Shown piece by piece: positions 58,989 to 64,000 of a DNA stretch of 64,000 nt (position 1 is its first letter; every line of letters begins with the position of its first letter). The stretch lies in the IMG/VR virus record IMGVR_UViG_3300005758_000578, positions 32,001 through 96,000 of that record. One strand, written 5' to 3'. Below the pieces are notes generated by a model, which saw only the letters and a list, made by a program, of their open reading frames with translations, was not told where the DNA came from and searched no databases. The stretch comes from a virus. The position numbers were made by a program, and so were the translations under genes.

Positions 58989-59690
58989 TTAATTATTTCT
59001 ATCAGCATTTTGAGAACCACGGGCAAACTGATTTACAGACTCAATATCTCCAGCAAGAATACTTACTGCTTCATCAATAATTAATTCTGTAATATCATCT
59101 TTAAACTCGCAAGTAACATCACTAAGAGAGAGATTACCAGTATAGGGATCTATACTATTAGCAATCTGAATATATCTAGGTTTTCTGTAATAGGTAAGAG
59201 TAGCATTTACTACATCAAAATCTCCAGCTGTATAAATCCGGATTTTATTACCCATAATAGTACAGAAAGTTTCACCCCACTCATAGCTAGGTTTTCTAAA
59301 ATCATCATCTAATAACTCATCTACATTGGCTTCTTCTGCTAGATATACAGTCATACTATCTGGTCCACAACATTTTGTCTTAGCAAAAGTACTAACACGT
59401 TTATATTCTAGATAGTCTGCAGGTAAGTCTGTAGTTTCATAGTACAAAGTAGTCTGGGTTCCGGACAAAGGAACTTGCAATAACAATAATTGCAAATCAT
59501 CAATCCTTCTTTTAGATCCTTCATCACCTTCTCTGTACTGGTTACCACCATGTAACTGTCTTCTAACCCACTCAATCTGAGCTTTGTTAAAAGCCTCAAT
59601 AATCTGCCATACCTCTAGATTATCATAATCATTAGAGTCCAGCTTATTAAGCCTTTGCTTAACCTTTAGTTGTAGTATAGAGTTATTCAT
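58989..59690 (-). CDS. Head-tail ring/adaptor-like protein
   Basis: RLNKLDSNDYD, FNKAQ, LPADYL, LTYYRKP, ELIIDEAVSIL. Confidence 0.7.
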   Translation of the reverse strand: MNNSILQLKVKQRLNKLDSNDYDNLEVWQIIEAFNKAQIEWVRRQLHGGNQYREGDEGSKRRIDDLQLLLLQVPLSGTQTTLYYETTDLPADYLEYKRVSTFAKTKCCGPDSMTVYLAEEANVDELLDDDFRKPSYEWGETFCTIMGNKIRIYTAGDFDVVNATLTYYRKPRYIQIANSIDPYTGNLSLSDVTCEFKDDITELIIDEAVSILAGDIESVNQFARGSQNADRNN

Positions 59691-59700
59691 AATAGATAAT

Positions 59701-59723
59701 AAGGGGGAGTGTTAATCCCCCTT
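59701..59723 (-). terminator. Stem-loop, weak terminator or processing site
   Basis: AAGGGGGA-ttaacac-TCCCCCTT followed by only an AT-rich tail. Confidence 0.6.
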
Positions 59724-59728
59724 TTAGA

Positions 59729-59872
59729 TTAACATTTCTTCTTAGTTCCAGATTTCTTAACTGTTCCACCCATTTTCATGTAACCACCCATCATAGATGA
59801 TTCACGTCCAGTAGGCTTACCTTTAGGTACAGGTTTAGAGAAATTTGGTTTACTTGCTTTTTTAGTTGCCAT
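59729..59872 (-). CDS. 47-aa basic peptide with two xxxGG motifs (below ORF-track cutoff)
   Basis: MATKKASKPNFSKPVPKGKPTGRESSMMGGYMKMGGTVKKSGTKKKC; fills the gap exactly and is followed by a hairpin. Confidence 0.8.
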   Translation of the reverse strand: MATKKASKPNFSKPVPKGKPTGRESSMMGGYMKMGGTVKKSGTKKKC

Positions 59873-59879
59873 GATATTA

Positions 59880-60890
59880 TTATTTCCAGTGTTGTTCTAC
59901 TTTATTAATAATTGCATCAGCTACATCTTGATTAAGAGGGTTCTTCAAGAACTCTACAATATCACTAGATGTTTTACCTAACATTGTACTGCTAGCTAAA
60001 TGATAGATGAATCCATCAGATTTAGTAACAATGTACTTGTAAGTAGCAGCATCTTTTACAATAGCCCGCAATTTTAAAGTGGTAAGATCATTCTCAGCAA
60101 CAGCCAAGAATCTTTCTGCACACTTCTTCTTATCTCTATCTACACTTTCTCCGTTAATAAATTTATCCATGTTATCATAGATAATATCATTAGGTGTAGA
60201 TTTCTTATACTGTGCACTATCAATATCAATGATCTTAGCAACATAGAACAACTTAGTTTGATTCTTATCAAACATCTTCTGTAATTCAGAAAGAGCTTTG
60301 TTCCTAGTTTTCTTAGTCTCTGTTTTGATAGTAACAGTTTCTTCCATCTTATCTAAAAAGAACTTAGGAGGTTTAGGCATTTTTCTAGCTTCATCATATG
60401 ACTTAGCTACAATACTAAATCCACCTGCTTCAATTGCATAAAGCTTAATAAGATCATAAGGATCTGTAGCTGGATCTAAATAAAGAGGATCATTACCAAC
60501 TCTAATTACAATCTTACTCCAGAACTCATCATTATCCGGCTTTAACAATTTAATCTTATTCCAGAACTCAGGATCTTCAGGATTAACAACATTAGCTGCT
60601 AATTCTTTTTCTAGTTGTGAAACAACTTTTCTAATTTCTTTAATCTTACTCTCTCTTTCATCATCTGGTAAGAATTTTACTTCAGGAGCAAATTCATTTA
60701 ATCCGGTTAAATAACGCTTAATCCCGTTAATCTCCAGACATGCTAACTGTTCTTCATGGAATACACCATCAAAAAGAGAGAGACCATAAGACTCTAATCC
60801 CATGTTACTCACATTAGGATCAAAGTAAGATTTAATACTCAAGGTACCTTTTTTGTTTTGAGGATACCTGTCTACAATTGTTACACTCAT
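59880..60890 (-). CDS. Conserved capsid-cluster protein (assembly factor or structural)
   Basis: 336 aa; YLTGL, FWSKIVIRVG...LYLD...DPYDLI, IVEFLKNPLNQD; resembles the gene that usually follows the major capsid gene in crAss-like phages. Confidence 0.65.
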   Translation of the reverse strand: MSVTIVDRYPQNKKGTLSIKSYFDPNVSNMGLESYGLSLFDGVFHEEQLACLEINGIKRYLTGLNEFAPEVKFLPDDERESKIKEIRKVVSQLEKELAANVVNPEDPEFWNKIKLLKPDNDEFWSKIVIRVGNDPLYLDPATDPYDLIKLYAIEAGGFSIVAKSYDEARKMPKPPKFFLDKMEETVTIKTETKKTRNKALSELQKMFDKNQTKLFYVAKIIDIDSAQYKKSTPNDIIYDNMDKFINGESVDRDKKKCAERFLAVAENDLTTLKLRAIVKDAATYKYIVTKSDGFIYHLASSTMLGKTSSDIVEFLKNPLNQDVADAIINKVEQHWK

Positions 60891-60922
60891 TGGTTTATAT
60901 ATTATTTGGTTGGTTTAATATT

Positions 60923-60930
60923 CAAATATA
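60923..60930 (-). promoter_or_regulatory. Bacteroidota-type -7 element TATATTTG
   Basis: TAnnTTTG 32 nt upstream of ATG 60890. Confidence 0.5.
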
Positions 60931-60934
60931 TTGG

Positions 60935-60985
60935 AACCTAGTAAGAGTTACAAGCTCTATTCTCAGATGTATCACTAGGTTATAC
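60935..60985 (-). ncRNA. Candidate small structured RNA or 5' leader element
   Basis: 8-bp closing stem AACCUAGU/ACUAGGUU enclosing AGAG-CUUGUAA-CUCU; preceded by TAAATTAA-TAC-TGTA (60983-60997). Confidence 0.4.
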
Positions 60986-61040
60986 AGTATTAATTTACTA
61001 TATTTTTATCAGATTTAATAATTTATTAAATTTTTAATGT

Positions 61041-63251
61041 TTAAACTAGTCCTCCGTCTGTAATTACCCAACCTAAATCATTAATTAATCCATCTCTACT
61101 AGACTCACCAGCTAATGTATATTGTACATCTGTTTCAAAAGTAGCAGATGGAAAATTACTATCAGTCATATAACTAGCATACCAGTTATTATAAATGTTA
61201 TCTAAATTAGCAGGACTAAGTGATGTATTATAAATAAAATTATAAGCATTTAAATTTCCACTCCAAGCATATCGTCCAGGAACAAGATTACTTAAATCTT
61301 GATTAAATGCCATAGTAGTAGTATCTGAATAAAACATTTCAGAAATATCTTCAACATAAGGTAATGTCCAGTTATTTAATGGTTGATTGAATGATATAGC
61401 GTTATAAAACATGTTATACATATAAGCAGCATTAGATACATCCCAAGTATTTAATGGTTGGTTAAACGATGTACAATTAGCAAACATACCTGAATAATCA
61501 CTTAAATTATAAGGAGTCCAATTATTTATGTCTGGACTTCCTCCATTATTAAATGATATAGCTCCATAAAACATATATGATGGTTCTATATTAAAATTAT
61601 TATAAATATTAGTAACATTAGATATATCCCAACTTCCTATATTTTGGTTAAATGAAGATGCTGCCATAAACATTTTAGCCATGTTTGTAACAGCACTTGT
61701 ATCCCATAAATTTAAAGGTTGGTTGAATGCCGATGCACCATTAAACATTTCTCGCATTGTAGTAACAACTAATGTATTCCAAGTATTAATATTTTGATTA
61801 AATGCTGCTGCATTACGAAAAGTACTTTCCATATTCCATACTTTACTTACATTCCAGTTATCTAATGGTTGGTTAAATACTAAAGCTCCATCAAATGTAT
61901 ATAATAAATTAACTAATGCTGTAGTAGTCCAAGTATTAATGTTTTGGTTAAATGCTGTTGCGTTCTGAAACATACCAGCAAAAGTTATTACTTTAGATAC
62001 ATTCCAATTACCAATTGGTTGATTAAAAGATGTAGTATCTTTAAATACAGCCTGCATATCAGTAACATTTGAAGTATCCCAAGTATTTAATGGTTGGTTA
62101 AATAATGTTGCCCCAGAAAACATTTGAAGCATAGAACTTATTTTACTAGTATTCCAGTTACTGATATCCTGATTAAATGCTTTTGCATTTCTAAACATAC
62201 TAGTCATATACTGTACATTACTAGTATTCCAATTGTTTAATGGTTGATTAAACACAGTACAACCATCAAACATAGAAGATAAGTTGGTATTAAGACTAGT
62301 ATTCCAAGAGTTTAAGGGTTGATTAAATAATTGACAGTTAACAAACATCTGACTCATATTGGTAACTTTAGATGTATTCCAGTTGTCTAATGGTTGGTTA
62401 AATTGAAGACATCCACTAAACATCTGTCCCATGAAAGTAACAGATGAAGTATCCCAATTATTTATATCTGAACTACCTCCGTTGTTAAAAGATCTATTAA
62501 ATTGGAACATACCACCCATATTAGTTACTTTAGAAGTATCCCATCCTCCAATATTCTGATTAAATACCATATATGGTGTAGTATTTGGGAATTTTCTAAA
62601 CATATTATTCATACTAGTAACTTTAGATGTATTCCACATACCAATTGGTTGATTAAATGATGTCGCAGCCTGAAACATACCATTCATATTAGTTACATTA
62701 CCTGTATCCCAATTATCTAAAGGTTGGTTAAATGCAGCAGCTGCATTAAATAAACCAGACATGCTGGTTACTTTAGATACATCCCAGTGATTAATATTAG
62801 AGTTAAATACTGTACATCCATTAAAACCACTACTTATATCTGTAGTACTTATAATAGGTGCATCTATAGCAGATATTTGTAAATTATTGCAACCTCTAAA
62901 AAATGAATTTATACTTAGTATAAAACTATTTCCAAACTGAGAAATATTTGTAATCTTACTTCTATCACCAGTGTTACCTTGATACCAACCTTTACATAAT
63001 CCTAAAATAACAATATTATATATCCCGGTTGATGAATAAGTATGAGTAGTAGCAGGATCATTCCAAGTAGTTATAACACTACTAGTACCATCGCCCCAAT
63101 CTACAGTCATATTATATGTACCCTCAAAAAGTAATGGTAATTTATATTGTAGATTAGTAGTACTTCCTGCACTAATATTAGCAGTATTAACTGTGAATCT
63201 GAAACCTTGAGGTACAGAAACCCCTTCTAAAAAATTTAATGGTGTTAACAT
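61041..63251 (-). CDS. BspA-type (DUF285) repeat protein with PKD-like N-terminus
   Basis: VDWGDGT...HTYSSTGIYNI, then about 20 repeats FNQPLxxWDTSxVTNMxxMF; ends GWVITDGGLV. Confidence 0.9.
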   Translation of the reverse strand: MLTPLNFLEGVSVPQGFRFTVNTANISAGSTTNLQYKLPLLFEGTYNMTVDWGDGTSSVITTWNDPATTHTYSSTGIYNIVILGLCKGWYQGNTGDRSKITNISQFGNSFILSINSFFRGCNNLQISAIDAPIISTTDISSGFNGCTVFNSNINHWDVSKVTSMSGLFNAAAAFNQPLDNWDTGNVTNMNGMFQAATSFNQPIGMWNTSKVTSMNNMFRKFPNTTPYMVFNQNIGGWDTSKVTNMGGMFQFNRSFNNGGSSDINNWDTSSVTFMGQMFSGCLQFNQPLDNWNTSKVTNMSQMFVNCQLFNQPLNSWNTSLNTNLSSMFDGCTVFNQPLNNWNTSNVQYMTSMFRNAKAFNQDISNWNTSKISSMLQMFSGATLFNQPLNTWDTSNVTDMQAVFKDTTSFNQPIGNWNVSKVITFAGMFQNATAFNQNINTWTTTALVNLLYTFDGALVFNQPLDNWNVSKVWNMESTFRNAAAFNQNINTWNTLVVTTMREMFNGASAFNQPLNLWDTSAVTNMAKMFMAASSFNQNIGSWDISNVTNIYNNFNIEPSYMFYGAISFNNGGSPDINNWTPYNLSDYSGMFANCTSFNQPLNTWDVSNAAYMYNMFYNAISFNQPLNNWTLPYVEDISEMFYSDTTTMAFNQDLSNLVPGRYAWSGNLNAYNFIYNTSLSPANLDNIYNNWYASYMTDSNFPSATFETDVQYTLAGESSRDGLINDLGWVITDGGLV

Positions 63252-63270
63252 CTTATTTATTATTTATTTA

Positions 63271-64000
63271 TTAAGCTAGACCTCCGTCTGTAATAGTCCA
63301 GCCAAATGTATTAACTAATTCATCACGAGAAGTTTGAGCAGCAACTGTATATTTTGCAGTACCAAAACTAACTTCTAAATTATATGGTAGATTACCTCCA
63401 TTATTTGCCCAACCATTAAGCAATGCATCATAAGTTGTGGGAGGATATGTAACTGGAGTTTTATCACCCATAAATCCTGTTGCTGAATACGGAGAAAACA
63501 TATTATAAAATATCCAATTTTGCAAAGATTGATTAAATGCAGTACAACCATAAAACATATCATTCATTGATGGAATGTCAAACACTGCTGAATCATTAAT
63601 ATCAGGACTTTCACCATTATTAAAAATAGTACATCCATAAAATAAACCATCAACAAGACCAGATGAAAAATTAATTTGTCCAACATTCTGATTAAAAGAA
63701 GTACATCCCTTAAACATATACTGCGCATCACCATAAATCTCAAGAGGATTCAAAGGTTGTCCACCATTATTAAAGGATATACAACCATCAAACATATAAT
63801 TAGCAGGACTACCTAATAATCCAGATGCATTAATAATACCATTTATATTTTGATTAAATGATACACATCCTGCAAACATTGAACTAGTATCCTTACCAGG
63901 ATAACTAAATATATCATTTAAAGGCATTGGTTGTCCGCCATTATTGAATGCTGTTGCATTAAGAAACATAGAATTGGTATCAACACAATAAAGGGCATTC
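63271..64000 (-). CDS. Second BspA/DUF285 repeat protein, 3' part
   Basis: Degenerate MFxGCxSFNQ repeats; ends GWTITDGGLA; frame is open to the window edge. Confidence 0.85.
   Translation of the reverse strand, partial: NALYCVDTNSMFLNATAFNNGGQPMPLNDIFSYPGKDTSSMFAGCVSFNQNINGIINASGLLGSPANYMFDGCISFNNGGQPLNPLEIYGDAQYMFKGCTSFNQNVGQINFSSGLVDGLFYGCTIFNNGESPDINDSAVFDIPSMNDMFYGCTAFNQSLQNWIFYNMFSPYSATGFMGDKTPVTYPPTTYDALLNGWANNGGNLPYNLEVSFGTAKYTVAAQTSRDELVNTFGWTITDGGLA

Larger units (their letters stand above)
1..64000 (-). mobile_element. Segment of a crAss-like Bacteroidota phage genome (late/virion module)
   Basis: All credible ORFs are on the minus strand and tightly coupled. Giant single-chain RNAP with GGDFDIDK; order IHF-like, ring, ring, muzzle, cargo, RNAP matches crAss-like phages; TAnnTTTG promoters and A-rich leaders without Shine-Dalgarno sites; no host housekeeping genes or integrase. 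Confidence 0.92.

Noticed and set aside
60935-60981. tRNA-Thr(UGU)
   Set aside because: Only 47 nt, with no complete D and T arms; kept only as a structured-RNA candidate.
2271-63563. Short minus-strand ORFs nested out of frame in large genes (2271-2489, 15112-15303, 33196-33411, 37107-37346, 42422-42604, 59408-59599, 63375-63563)
   Set aside because: Composition is typical of alternative frames of AT-rich genes; none shows a lipobox or other motif.
1-64000. Stop-codon reassignment, known in some crAss-like phages
   Set aside because: Genes up to 9.4 kb are intact in the standard code; TGA ends several coupled genes and TAG ends the glycosyltransferase.
48379-64000. CRISPR array or diversity-generating retroelement suggested by repeats
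   Set aside because: Repeats are degenerate, in-frame protein repeats; no identical repeat-spacer pattern, reverse transcriptase or template/variable repeat pair was seen.

Overview
The whole window is one AT-rich, densely coded, minus-strand block from a large lytic crAss-like (Crassvirales-related) phage of Bacteroidota, in the standard genetic code. It holds most of the late virion module. In transcription order (right to left): two BspA/DUF285 repeat proteins; capsid-cluster genes with a ferritin/Dps-like gene; Cys-rich virion and fibre genes; a GT9-like glycosyltransferase, a metallophosphoesterase and an IHF/HU-like gene; tail ring and muzzle genes; eight cargo (ejection) proteins, including a 3148-aa virion RNA polymerase with the DFDID motif; a lysis cassette with a free-standing GIY-YIG nuclease; a repeat-rich receptor-binding protein; dCTP deaminase; and a truncated PhoH. 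Major capsid, portal and terminase genes were not recognised here. Two patterns stand out. (1) Four consecutive giant cargo proteins (about 7,050 aa) carry only six cysteines, all at the termini facing the neighbouring gene, suggesting a head-to-tail disulfide-linked ejection chain that includes the RNA polymerase. (2) Three upstream cargo ORFs are strings of small modules separated by more than 20 copies of an xxxGG motif, suggesting polyproteins cut or targeted at Gly-Gly. Also seen: a recurring putative late promoter (TATATTAT-N2-3-TGTA), host-type TAnnTTTG promoters, and two candidate small RNAs. All family assignments come from motif recognition and gene order, not database searches.
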